Below the pieces are notes generated by a model. The model ran no database searches. It had not been told where the DNA came from and worked only from the letters and a program-made list of their open reading frames with translations. From the NCBI GenBank assembly GCA_951406725.2, contig OX597840.1:31682001-31746000 (forward strand): a stretch of 64,000 nt of DNA, written 5' to 3'. This document shows positions 26,216 to 39,158 of the stretch, piece after piece. The translations under genes and the position numbers were made by a program. Origin of the DNA: Octopus vulgaris (Eukaryota). Each line of letters opens with the position of its first letter. Position 1 is the first letter of the stretch.

Positions 26216-26520
26216 ATATTATTTTTATTTTATTTTATCTAGTTTCAGCTCACGAGCTGTGGTCATGCTGGGGCACTGCCATTTGGCGTTGCTACACGAT
26301 TTTACTTCACGAATGCTTTTTAGCAATTGCCGTTTGGTGCATGAGAGAGTTCGATGCAGCTGCCCTCATCTGCACCTCCTGCCGTGAAGTTGGTTCATCT
26401 GAGACACCTGACAGGAAGAGATCCAGTTTTATTTTAAAGACATCTGCTTTCACCCCATGCAGGTCTCTCAGGTACTTTGGGAGGATATTGAAGAGCTGTG
26501 GGTCTCTGAAACCCAGGCTT
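26215..26520 (-). pseudogene. CR1-group LINE 3' end
   Basis: SLGFRDPQLFNILPKYLRDLHG..FKIKLDLFL..DEP..RAAASNSLMHQ, followed by a 3' UTR stem-loop and (AAAAT)n tail. Confidence 0.75.
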
Positions 26521-26522
26521 TG

Positions 26523-26778
26523 TCGAACCGCTAGGTTACGGAGATGTAAACGAACGAATATCGGATGGTGGGGGAACAAACACAGACACACAAATACATA
26601 TACTTATACATATATACGACGGGCTTCTTTCAGTTTCCGTCTACCAAATCCACTGAAAAGGCTTTGGTCGGCTCGAGGCTATAGTAGAGGATACTTGCCC
26701 AAGGTGCCACGCAGTGGGACTGAACCCGGAACCATGTGGTTGGGAACCAAGCGTACTACAACACAGCCATTCTTGCAC
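26523..26778 (-). mobile_element. SINE-C partial copy
   Basis: Head through the internal microsatellite. Confidence 0.8.
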
Positions 26779-26825
26779 TTATACACACACACACACACAT
26801 ATATATAGTTCTATATTTGATAGCA

Positions 26826-26895
26826 TATGGCGTAGTAGTTAAGAACGCGGCCTACTAACTCTAAGATTCCGAGTTCGATTCCAGGCAGTGACCTG

Positions 26896-26927
<32 letters not shown>

Positions 26928-26966
26928 TACAACAACTACTACTACTACTACTGCTACTACTACTAT

Positions 26967-27001
<35 letters not shown>

Positions 27002-27028
27002 ATAATAATAATAATAATAATAATAATA
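26826..27028 (+). mobile_element. Short tRNA-like SINE head followed by (TAC)n(TAA)n
   Basis: TGGCGTAGTAGTTAAG A-box and GAGTTCGATTCC B-box, with no acceptor stem. Confidence 0.6.
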
Positions 27029-27220
27029 GTGGTGGTGCAATGGCCCAGTGGTTAAGGCAACAGACTTGCGGTCGTAGGATCGCGGTTTCGATTCTCAGAC
27101 CGGGCTTTGTGTGAGTTTATTAAGCGAAAGCACCTAAATCTTCACGAGGCTCCGGCAGTGGGTGGTGGCGAACCCTGCTGTACTCTTTCACCACAATTTT
27201 CTCTCAATCTTCCTTCCTGT
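27029..27220 (+). mobile_element. SINE-A older partial copy
   Basis: Diverged head and body. Confidence 0.8.
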
Positions 27221-27432
27221 TTCTCTTTGGCCTGGAACCAAAATTTGAAACCAATACAAAACGCACAAAATGCGTCGATACCGTTCGTTTCGGTTCTGGC
27301 GAAACGAACATTTTCATGGTGATTCCAAAGCATACATAATACAAATTGTTCAATCGCAATTTAGTGTCGATCTACGTTGAAGTGTCAAGAATCAAACGAG
27401 TGATCATGTACGAGGAAACAGGCTAAAGTTAA

Positions 27433-27951
27433 CCGTGTGTATCATAAGTTGAAGACGGGAAGGATGACTTCCCTTCACAAATACTGATAGGGCACAGATA
27501 GTGTGTCTATAGCCAGCTGGAGGAGATATCTTCCTGGGGCTACAAACTAGAGTAGCATCCACCCTTAGGGGGTAGCCATATTCAAATGGCAAATATGCGC
27601 CACGATGTGTTACCGCTACTGTTTATAACTCGCTCTGAGATTTATCATTGTTTGATTTCACTTTTACAATATCAGTGTCATTCGACACTGGAAAAAGTAT
27701 ATGTATTTGTGAGGGAAAACTGAATTCTCGTCGACAACCATGATTGTCACACGCTGATGATAGGTAAATACCTTGAAACTCGAGTCCGTGTGTATCATAA
27801 GTTGAAGACGGGAAGGATGACTTCCCTTCACAAATACTGAGAGGACACAGATAGTGTGTCTATAGCCAGCTGGAGGAGATATCTTCCTGGGGCTACAAAC
27901 TACTGTAGCATCCACCCTTAAGGGTTAGCCATATTCAAATGGCAAATATGC

Positions 27952-27956
<5 letters not shown>
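27433..27956 (+). mobile_element. 353-bp unit, 1.5 tandem copies, hammerhead family H5 (retrozyme-like)
   Basis: CCGTGTGTATCATAAG occurs at 27433 and 27786, and the element ends at (TA)n. Confidence 0.88.
27748..27792 (+). ncRNA. Type I hammerhead ribozyme H5 (canonical core)
   Basis: CACACG-CUGAUGA-U AGGU AAAU ACCU U-GAAA-CUCGAG-UC-CGUGUG. Confidence 0.87.
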
Positions 27957-27998
<42 letters not shown>

Positions 27999-28038
27999 TA
28001 CATACATAAATACATATATGCATACAAACATGCATACA

Positions 28039-28338
28039 CATCCAGACTATGAATTCATATTCATACCAATAATAAATGAGGCATTAGGTTTTGTTAGTAA
28101 ATGCTTAAAGAAGAATCTGGATAAACTGGGATTTTCAGAAAGAGAAATCGATCGATTAATTCGTACATTACAAGTGCAATCTGTGAGTGGAACAGTAAAA
28201 ATATACAAGATTTTTCTCAAGTTCCAAATGTGAATTTGTCTGTGTTAACTACATCCCAAATATGGAGCCTTGTAACTTTGTTGGAAACCGGCTTCCTCCT
28301 CAGTGGAGGATTTATAATAGTTAAAAAATAGAAGAGAC
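28039..28338 (+). pseudogene. RLE-type (R4/Dong-like) LINE 3' end abutting (ATAC)n
   Basis: PDYEFIFIPIINEALGFVSKCLKKNLDKLGF...LQVQSVSGTVKIYKIFLKF, the PIIIGALG-type RLE C-terminus. Confidence 0.65.
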
Positions 28339-28873
28339 ATACATACATACGTACATACATACATACGTACATACATACATACATACATACACACATACAT
28401 ACATACATACATGCATACGTACATACATACATACATGCATACATACATACATACATACATACATGCATACATGCATACATACATGCATAGATACATACAT
28501 GCATACATACATACATACATACATACATGCATACAAATATACATACATACATACATACATACCTACATACATACATACATACATACATGCATACATGCAT
28601 ACATACATACATACATACATACACACAGACATACATACATACATACATACATACACACATACATACATACACACACATACATACATACATACCTACATAC
28701 ATGCATACAAATATACATACATACATACATACCTACATACATACATACATACATACATACATACATACATACATACATACATACATACATACATACATAC
28801 ATACATACATACATACATACATACATACATACATACATACATACATACATACATACATACATACACACAGACA
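28338..28873. repeat. (ATAC)n microsatellite
   Basis: Directly visible. Confidence 0.95.
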
Positions 28874-29013
28874 TACGAGGGTAGCGCTGAAAAGTTTCTG
28901 GTTATAAGGGTGTCGCGAAAGACCTGGTTGGACTTCCAACCTTCCGAGTTCTTTTACAGGGCTTAGGAAAATTGCAGGGCCTCTGCAATGACTACGTGAT
29001 GCTGACAGGGGAA

Positions 29014-29015
<2 letters not shown>
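28874..29015 (+). mobile_element. Mariner-derived MITE fragment
   Basis: TACGAGGGTAGCGCTGAAAAGTTTCTGG TIR. Confidence 0.7.
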
Positions 29016-29048
<33 letters not shown>

Positions 29049-29052
<4 letters not shown>

Positions 29053-29528
29053 CTTTACTACCCAAAAGGGGCTAAACACTGAGAGGACAAACAAGGACAG
29101 ATAAAGGGATTAAGTCGACTACATCGACCCCAGTGCGTAACTGGTACTTAATTTATGACAAGGCGGCGAGCTGACAGAAATGTTAGCACGCCGAGCGAAA
29201 TGCTTAGCGGTATTTCGTCTGCGTTACGTTGTGAGTTCAAATTCCGCCGAGGTCGACTTTGCCTTTCGTCCATTCGGGGTCGATAAATTAAGTACCAGTT
29301 ACGCACTGGGGTCGATGTAATCGACTTAATACCTATGTCTGTCCTTGTTTGTCCGCTCTGTGTTTAGCCCCTTGTGGGTAATAAAGAAATAGGTACTTAA
29401 TTCATCGACCCCGAAAGGATGAAAGGCAAAGTCGACCTCGGCGGAATTTGAACTCGGAACGTAACGACAGACGAAATACGGCTACGAATTTCGCCCGGCG
29501 TGCTAACGTTTCTACCAGCTCGCCACCT
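29049..29528. mobile_element. SINE-M (+, 29160-29391) inserted inside an antisense SINE-M
   Basis: TSD GGTACTTAATT at ~29142 and ~29392. The flanks join into one minus-strand copy. Confidence 0.85.
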
Positions 29529-30287
29529 ATATATATATGTGTGTATATGTATATCACTTTTGGTGTAGAAATGGTAAATAATATAGGCGACAATGAAACT
29601 TTATTCGTGCATTTATTCGGTTGAGTCCTACGAAAGTTTGCTTTGTCAGCATAGAAGAAATCTGATTAAATATTTGGGAATTGGAACGCAGTTAATATTC
29701 GTGATGAATTCCCACTTCATTTTTCATTGGACAATTTCGTACAGACGACGTTATTAAACTTGTTTTCAAGGAGTGTAGCGCAACCGCAAGTGTAATTTTG
29801 CAATGGGTTACGAGGTTTCAATACAGGATATGTTAACTTGTCACTTTACGAAACAAGATTACTAATATACATACATACATACATACATACATACATACAT
29901 ACATACATACATACATACATACATACATACATACATACATACATGTATGTAAGTATATATACACAGTTCAAAAATTAATACAGTTTTTAAGTACAACGGG
30001 GATTAAAAAAAAATAATTTTCTAAAAGGATATAAAATCTTTTATCAGGAAATACACGCAGGGACAGATAAAACTAACACGGAAAACGACTTCACACCGTG
30101 AAAAATATATAAATCCTATTGAAAAATGATTCCGACGAAAAATGTGTCCGATAAAACTGGAACTCTAACAGAGAACTGAACTACTCACAGTGAAAGATAC
30201 TATACACACAGTGAAGATATATAAATCCCATTGAAAAAAGATTCTAAAGAAAAGTGGAAAATAATATAAGTCAGTTTGGAGGATTTC

Positions 30288-30580
30288 AGTCAGGTCACTA
30301 TGTGTTAGTAGCGCTACTGGTAAACAATGTAGACTGCTACTACCTGCGGCATTCCGCCGAGAAAAATAATTCTGTGTGACAAAATATAATAAGTCCGTGT
30401 GAAGTCAGGTCGCTGTGTTAGTATGCTACTACCTGCGGCATTCCGCCGAGAAAAATAATTCTGTGTGACAAAATATAATAAGTCCGTGTGAAGTCAGGTC
30501 GCTGTGTTAGTAGTGTTAGCGATAAACAAAGCAGACTGGTACTATTTGCGGCATTCGGAAGTAAAAAAATTCTGTGTATG
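30288..30580. repeat. 89-bp minisatellite (~3 units)
   Basis: TGCTACTACCTGCGGCATTCCGCCGAGAAAAATAATTCTG at 30335 and 30424, with a diverged third unit. Confidence 0.85.
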
Positions 30581-30799
30581 GGAGAAAAACAAATGAAAAA
30601 AATAAAAAAAATGATGTTAGTGAAAAAAGTGAGACGTGGGTTATTCCACTACTGATAGATGGTATTAGAGAAGCAGAAAATGCGAATTTTTTGATGGATA
30701 ATTAACATCATGGGTAACCATGAACTTTAATTACACAGTCAAAGGATTAAATAAGTAATAAATATTTGGCTATATATCTTCCTACATATATAGCCATAA

Positions 30800-30911
<112 letters not shown>

Positions 30912-31051
30912 ATGAGTGTACTTTTTCCTTGTTAGCAATTAACACGGAAAAAATAGATAACAGAAAAATCGTTACCAGGGTAGGTATCAGTAATATCTTC
31001 GAAACATGTGTCGGAAGTAAAAGTATTTGAATTATACCCGCGTTAAACTCC

Positions 31052-31134
<83 letters not shown>

Positions 31135-31742
31135 ATATATCATGTAATAAACGATAGAGTAAGTCATTTTACGTGACCCCTTACAAAAATCAGTTGTTAG
31201 GGGCCACAATAAGATATAAGGTCGTGTACTGTTTAAGTTCTCGTACCTAAAACTGCACAATTAGGAGTCTTCAAATACACATACATAGAAAGAAACACAT
31301 ATACACACATACTATGCATATACATGTATGTATGCATATATATACATATATATATATATGTATATGTATGTATATATAAATACATATATGGTAATTATAC
31401 ACGTCCGTTGCTACTTATACATTTGTACATCATATGAACATAATTACCGCACACGCAAATGCAAGTATCTCCCTCTCTCTCTCTCTCTCTCTCTCTTTAT
31501 ATATATATACATGCAAATATATATGCTTGTAATTACATACATATGATGTATAAATAGTCAAATGTGTATATGTTAATACATCTGCATATTATGCATTGCA
31601 GAGGTAATTGATATGCCTATGAATGAATTATAACGATAAATTAATTACTATATATCCCAGCACACGCATATTTCTATAGATAGAATATATATATACAAGT
31701 ATGTGTGCGTGTCTTTGTGTGTGCCGTTGTGTGTGAGCACAT

Positions 31743-31828
<86 letters not shown>

Positions 31829-31972
31829 GTATATACATATATACATATACATATACATATACACGTATATATATACATATACATATATATATGTGCGTGT
31901 GTAATTATGCATTATCTATGAATCTATGTATGTATATACATGATGTATATATATTTATATATATATACACAC

Positions 31973-32019
<47 letters not shown>

Positions 32020-32128
32020 CACGTATATATATATATATACATATATAAATATGTGTGTGTGTATTTATGCATAATCTATGAATCTATGTATGTATATATA
32101 TATGATGTATATATATATATACACACAC

Positions 32129-32171
<43 letters not shown>

Positions 32172-32244
32172 CACACATATATATATACATATATATATGT
32201 GTGTGTGTATTTATGCATTATCTATGAATCTATGTATGTATATA

Positions 32245-32279
<35 letters not shown>

Positions 32280-33038
32280 ATCATCATATATATATACATA
32301 CATATATATACATATATATATGTATATATATGTATATATATATAAGTCGTCGTATTAAAATATGTGTGAATGTATATACCAATTAAATTCTTTTCGTCAT
32401 TAAATACTTTCATTTGCTTTTATATTTATTCTTGCTAAACTGCCAAAATCCTGTTGTGTGGGCTTGTACTTCTTCTCCCTCTCCACCTCCTTCCATTCCC
32501 ACATCATGGCATTTAACGCTTACCCAAATTCTTAGCATCTAAAATAATATAAACCTCTATTATTGATGTAATCTAAAAGGTTCCGTTTACACGTTCTGTT
32601 CAGAAAAAGTCTCTTTGTATTCTGGTCTTTCGATGCCATTCATTAAATGGAAAAATTACTTCGTCTGGAATCTGGAAAACACTCCCTAATTTCACAACGT
32701 TAGTTCTCTCCAACACCAGGGTCTTCGGTTTGGCCCATTTTTATATTTTCGAAAAGATTACGTGCTTATGTGTAGAAACACACACTGTCACATACACACA
32801 TACGTGCATGTTATATGAATTTTCATACGCACATATATAAATTTAAACTTCTCTGAAGGGACAAAAGTCGGAACATCTGGTCAGTCTGTGAGAAAATAAC
32901 TGTCTCTATTCCGTTTGTGACATGGAATTCTATTCATTGTCGTTTACTACGATCACCTGATCGTAGTAAAGGTTTAGGTCTTTGCTTCTTTATCTATCTA
33001 TCTATCTATCTATCTATTCGTATCTGCCTGTTACACAT

Positions 33039-33096
<58 letters not shown>

Positions 33097-33099
<3 letters not shown>

Positions 33100-33298
33100 G
33101 GAGTAAACACATAAATGTGAAACAAGGTGGAAAAAAGGGTACTCAAATACCAGTGGTAGAGTAATATACTTTATTTAAAGCAGCAGAAAATTCAACAAAA
33201 CCTGTTATCGGTTCCATTCTAGCAAAAACTGTCCGACGAACGGCAACGTGAAACTCAGAGTAACAGGTTTTGTTGAATTTTCTGCTACTTTAAATAAA

Positions 33299-33302
<4 letters not shown>
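33097..33302. mobile_element. Short inverted element in (TA)n with hammerhead-like motif H6
   Basis: Inverted arms ~33167-33207 and ~33261-33302. A related copy lies at 40090-40203. Confidence 0.75.
33229..33266 (+). ncRNA. Hammerhead-like motif H6 (C4 variant core)
   Basis: CUGU-CCGACGA-ACG GCAA CGU-GAAA-CUCAGAG-UA-ACAG. Confidence 0.6.
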
Positions 33303-33378
<76 letters not shown>

Positions 33379-33379
33379 G

Positions 33380-33993
33380 TAGGTATGGCTGTGTGGCAAG
33401 TAGCTTGCTTAGGAACTACAAGGTTCGAAGTTCAGTCCCACGGCGTAGCACCTTGGGCAAGTGTCTTTTACAATAGCCTCAGGCCTTGTGAGTAGATTTG
33501 GTAGATGGAAACTGAAAGAAGCCCGTCGAATATATGTATATATATATATATGTATGTATGTGTGTGTATATGTTTGTGTGTGTGTTTGTCTCTCCCCCAA
33601 CATCGCTTGACAACCAATGCTGGTGTGTTTATGTCCCTGTTAATTAGTGGTTCAACGAAAGAGACCGATAGAATAAGTACTGGGCTTACAAAGAATAAGT
33701 CCCGGGGTCGAGTTGCTCGACTAAAGGCGGTGCTCCAGCAAGGCCGCATTCAAACGACTGAAACAAGTAAAAGGGTAAAAGAGTACAACTGTAAATCTAT
33801 CAATAAAACAACTTAAGTGGCTGTGTGGTAAGTAGCTTGTTTACCAACCACATGGTTCCGGGTTCAGTCCCACTGCGTGGCACCTTGGGCAAGTGTCTTC
33901 TACTATAGCCTCGGGCCGACCAAAGCCCTGTGAGTGGATTTGTTTGACGGAAACTGAAAGAAGCCCGTCGTATATATGTATATATATATATAT

Positions 33994-34032
<39 letters not shown>

Positions 34033-34433
34033 TCCCCCTAGCATTGCTTGACAACCGATGCTGGTGTATTTACGTCCCCGTTACTTAGCGGTTCAACGAA
34101 AGAAACCGATAGAATAAGTACTGGGCTTACAAAGAATAAAGTCCTGGGATCGATTTTCTCGACTAAAGGCGGTGCTCCAGCAAGGCCGCATTCAAATGAC
34201 TGAAACAAGTAAAAGGGTAAAAGAGTACAACTGTAAATCTATCAATAAAACAACTTAAGTGGCTGTGTGGTAAGTAGCTTGTTTACCAACCACATGGTTC
34301 CGGGTTCAATCCCACTGCGTGGCATCTTGGGCAAGTGTCTTCTACTATAGCCTCGGGCCGACCAAAGCCCTGTGAGTGGATTTGTTTGACGGAAACTGAA
34401 AAAAGCCCGTCGTATATATATATATATATATGA

Positions 34434-34464
<31 letters not shown>

Positions 34465-34692
34465 TCCCCCTAGCATTGCTTGACAACCGATGCTGGTGTA
34501 TTTACGTCCCCGTTACTTAGCGGTTCAACGAAAGAAACCGATAGAATAAGTACTGGGCTTACAAAGAATAAAGTCCTGGGATCGAGTTGCTCGATTAAAG
34601 GCGGTGCTCCAGCAAGGCCGCATTCAAACGACTGAAACAAGTAAAAAAGGGTAAAAGAGTACAACTGTAAATCTATCAATAAAACAACTTAA
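33380..34692 (+). mobile_element. Three tandem SINE-C copies
   Basis: Each copy is followed by the same flank GAGTACAACTGTAAATCTATCAATAAAACAACTTAA (33781, 34223, 34658). Confidence 0.9.
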
Positions 34693-35041
34693 TTACCGAC
34701 AAATATTAACATATTTCGGCCATTAAGTTTTAATCTAATGCATCTCTAGCATTTCTCTCATAACATTTCTACGTTCACTGATACTAAAATAATTCGTACA
34801 TCAGTGTTTAGTCTAATTCTCACATCTCTTGTTCCATCATCAACTTGATATTACTCGTCTGTGTTATTGTTTTTTTTTTTTTATCCGTTCAAGGTTTCCT
34901 TGACGCATTATTTTATAAACAGAAGTCCGTTAACAAATCTACTTGCCTCAACGTAACATTCTTCTCAATTGTTCGTTTACAGTATCAACATACTACAGAC
35001 AATCTGTATACAAAGGCTGGTTCATTGTCAATCTGGTTTAC

Positions 35042-35371
35042 ATTATTATCATTATTATCATCATCATTATTATTATTATTATTATTATTACTATTATTAT
35101 TATTATTACTATTATTATTATCATTATTATTAATATTATTATCATCATCATCATCATCATCATCATCATTATTATTATTATTATTACTATTATTATTATC
35201 ATTATTATTAATATTATTATCATCATCATCATCATCATCATCATCATTATTATTATTATCATCATTATCATTATTATTATTATTACTATTATTATTATTA
35301 TTATTATTATCATTATTATTATCATTATCAGTATTATTGTTATCATTATTGTTATTATTATTATCATTATT

Positions 35372-35418
<47 letters not shown>

Positions 35419-35455
35419 CATTATTATCATTATTATCATTATTATTATTATTATT
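35042..35455. repeat. (ATT)n/(ATC)n microsatellite
   Basis: Directly visible. Confidence 0.95.
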
Positions 35456-36010
35456 GAGTGAGTGAGCAGAGCATGCCATCAAAGTGACACTGGGGTAAAA
35501 TATACGAAGCCCAATATACCCATCATGACTACCCGTCTGATAAGGGTACACCAGGCACATGCATCACAACCATATGTGCGCGACACGGTGATCTCATATC
35601 AAGATAAACACCACATGACCTTGCAGGTGGGGCCCAGTTAGAAATTTCTTCAGGTTGAGTAGCCCATCCCGCTCAAAAGGTCCCTGAATAAGGGTTGTTT
35701 AAGGATGTTGAACGAAACCACCCATGTTTCCAGAGGTGAATTATTCAAACCCCAAAGAATCCCTCTCAACACATAGCTATGATGCTCCCCCACAACTTCT
35801 GCTCGTGATCAGAGATGCACATATCGTCAGCCACCAAGGGACATGCTCAACTGTTTAATGTCAAACAACTGACAAGCAAATCTGTGGTATTGAGCAGAAT
35901 ATTTGCTGTAGCCCATCTTTTATACCAAGACAAAACAATGTACGTGATAACACTTCCAATCAGTTAAGATCAGAAGCCATGAGAGCCACTGCCTAGTACT
36001 GCATCAGGGC
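35456..36010 (-). mobile_element. ~555-bp non-coding retroposon inserted in (AAT)n
   Basis: Both ends abut ATT repeats. 5'-truncated copies lie at 59323 and 59697, and an old internal piece at ~44790-44950. Confidence 0.75.
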
Positions 36011-36061
36011 ATTTATTATTATTGGTCATCTAAGCCATACCTAAGGTATTTATTTGGGTGT

Positions 36062-36445
36062 GGAGGCGCAATGGCCCAGTGGTTAGGGCAGCGGACTCGC
36101 GGTCATAGGATCGCGGTTTCGATTCCCAGACTGGGCGTTATGAGTGTTTATTGAGCGAAAACACCTAAAAGCTCCACGAGGCTCCGACAGGGGATGGTGG
36201 TGATCCATGCTGTACTCTTTCACCACAACTTTTTCTCACTCTTACTTCCTGTTTCTGTTGTACCTGTATTTCAAGGGGCCGGCCTTGTCACTCTCTGTGT
36301 CACGCTGAATATCCCCGAGAACTACATTAAGGGTGCACGTGTCTGTGGAGTGCTCAGCCACTTACACGTTAATTTCACGAGCAGGCTGTTCCGTTGATTC
36401 GGATCAACTGGAACCCTCATCCTCGTAACCGACGGAGTGCTTCCA
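36062..36445 (+). mobile_element. SINE-A full copy
   Basis: TSD ATTTATTTGGGT flanks both ends. Confidence 0.92.
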
Positions 36446-37099
36446 TTTATTTGGGTAGCAGACAGGCATAATAAAAGTTACCTTTACTTGCAGATCGTTG
36501 TTTATTCAGATCACAAATTCGGGACCCTTACAGTCAACTTAGAGAAAGACAATTAGATAAGGACCCTGGAACTGGAAGATAATTATGTCCTTTCCAGTGC
36601 GGAAAGATTTCAAGAAACGGATTAATAGACTAGTTTAGCGATAAACGACGGGAGCTATCATCCACAGCAGGTTGTGGGTTTCCCTGTAATGGAAATTTAG
36701 AGTGAAAGAGTTAGTTTTAGCAAAGAGATTGCATCAGAAGACAAGAGAATAGAAAATAAACTTAGAAGGGGCCCCTGGGAAAGGGATTACAAAAGATATG
36801 CTGGTGGTGGCAACGGCACTGGATCATTTTTTCGACGTGAAGCACGAAGGTTGCGTTACCCGAGCTAGGTTGCGATTGCCGCTGAAACATGAAGTCTCAA
36901 GAGCCGTTAGTTGGACCCAGATAGTGGAGGTACAACACGGCAAGGAAATCAAGAATTCAGACAGTAACGGACACCAGCGAGCGAACGTGTGCTCTACGAT
37001 CCCAAACAGATGATCGCAGCGTTTCAATAGCGTTTCACCGGAGCTGGATCACCACATTGCATAGTGCCATTTGCTGTCAGGTGGTGAAATTAAATGGCC

Positions 37100-37716
37100 A
37101 CCACGCTGAACCTCTGAGTATTGAATGCTCGCTCAGTTATGTTACTAATGTTAATACTACAACAGCAGCAAGACCCGGTGATTAGAGAATTGCAACAAAC
37201 AGCAGCCCTGGTAGCAGCTGGCAAGATTTTGACGGTGATTTGGGTGCAACCTCCACGGCAATGAACTCGCAGATATGCAGGCGAAACATGGCTTGGCGCT
37301 GCCACAACCAGATGCCCCCATTGATACAGCCATACGTCAGACAGTTATTCGTCAAACGTTCCAGCCAACGCCAATTCAACACCTCCATCTGAAGGAAGTC
37401 TTCACGAAGAAGCCGGATGAAAGAACCGAAGCTGCCCTCTTGAAGGCAGACTTCACAGACATGATACGCTCCCGTAGTGGTGGTCATCATCTGGCACTCA
37501 GGCGGTGGCAAAAGATGACAGGACGCAGCGACACAGACCAATGCAGACTCTGTAACGAGGAGGTGGAATCTGCAGAACAACTCTGGCTGAGATGTCCGGC
37601 CCTGATGGTGGAACGCTATATCCGCCAAATAGGGGCTACAATGGATGAGATGGTTCGTCTCCCTTCCGCGGCTCTGATGCTTCTGAGAGTTATTCTCAGG
37701 CGCTTGAGGTGACCAA

Positions 37717-37747
<31 letters not shown>

Positions 37748-37748
37748 G
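37100..37748 (+). pseudogene. I-group (Ingi/Nimb/I-like) LINE 3' fragment with RNase H end and Zn finger
   Basis: VIWV..LHGNELADMQAK RNase H motif, CRLCNEEVESAEQLWLRCP C-terminal finger, and a (CAA)n tail. Confidence 0.72.
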
Positions 37749-37907
37749 ATTACTACTACTACTACTACAAATACTACTACTACTACTACCACCACCACCA
37801 CCACCACCACCACCACCACCACACACCACACCACCACCACCTCCACCACCACCAACACCAACACCACCAAATCCACCACCACCACCACCACCACCACCAC
37901 CACCACC

Positions 37908-37958
<51 letters not shown>

Positions 37959-38093
37959 GTTGCTATCACCGTCATCATCATCGTTATCATAATCATCATG
38001 AACATCATCTTCATCATCATCATCATCATCATTATCATTATAGTTATCATAATCATCATGATCAACATCATCATCATCATCCTAATCACCATG

Positions 38094-38130
<37 letters not shown>

Positions 38131-38250
38131 ACACCACCAACATCGTCATCGTCATCGCCAACATCCTCATCGTCATCGTGTTCGTCGTCGCCGTGTGGCG
38201 TCCTCCATTTCCTCCTCTTCCTTGTCCTCCTCCACGTCGTCGTCATCATC

Positions 38251-38327
<77 letters not shown>

Positions 38328-38790
38328 AGTCATTACCATCTTCATCATCATCATCATCACCATTATCATCATCATCGTCATCATCATCATCATCATCGTC
38401 ATCATCATCAACATCATCATCATCATCATAGTCATTACCATCTTCATCATCATCATCATCATCATCACCATTATCATCATCATCGTCATCATCATCATCA
38501 TCATCATCATCATAGTCATTACCATCTTCATCATCATCATCATCACCATCGTCATCATCATCATCATCATCATCATCACCATTAAGATTATCATCGTCAT
38601 CATCATCATCATCATCATAGTCATTACCATCTTCATCATCATCATCATCATCATCACCATTAAGATCATCATGATCATCATCATCATAGTCATTACCATC
38701 TTCAACATCATCATCATCGTCGTCGTCATCATCATCCTCATCATCGTTATAGTCATCATCATCATCATCATCATCATCACCATGATCATC

Positions 38791-38822
<32 letters not shown>

Positions 38823-38863
38823 CGTCATCATCATCATCATCATCACCAACATCCTCATCATCC

Positions 38864-38907
<44 letters not shown>

Positions 38908-38925
38908 GTCATCGTCACTACCACA
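37749..38925. repeat. (TAC)n,(CAC)n,(CAT)n trinucleotide array
   Basis: Directly visible, with the higher-order unit CATAGTCATTACCATCTT repeated. Confidence 0.95.
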
Positions 38926-39158
38926 ATTGCAACATAGTTATAAGCGGTATAATTATCCAGAATATTCCGTGGAATAACACGGTAATTGTCGGAATTCAAA
39001 GACGTCTCGTATTGGTCCGCTGCCAGAAGCTACCAGGAATATTTCAGTTATTTCTTCCTTGAAATAATAATCCCATCTAGATCCGAGGAATGGTGTAATT
39101 ATCAAATTTATTTTAGAGAACTTCAAGAATGGTAACAGAGCCATGTAGATTAGTCTTC

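Noticed and set aside
35960-36010. U2 snRNA-derived head
   Set aside because: Only two short, non-collinearly spaced similarities, on the strand opposite to the inferred element sense.
36062-36140. tRNA-Arg gene
   Set aside because: A/B boxes are present, but there is no proper cloverleaf and it continues into a SINE body with a TSD.
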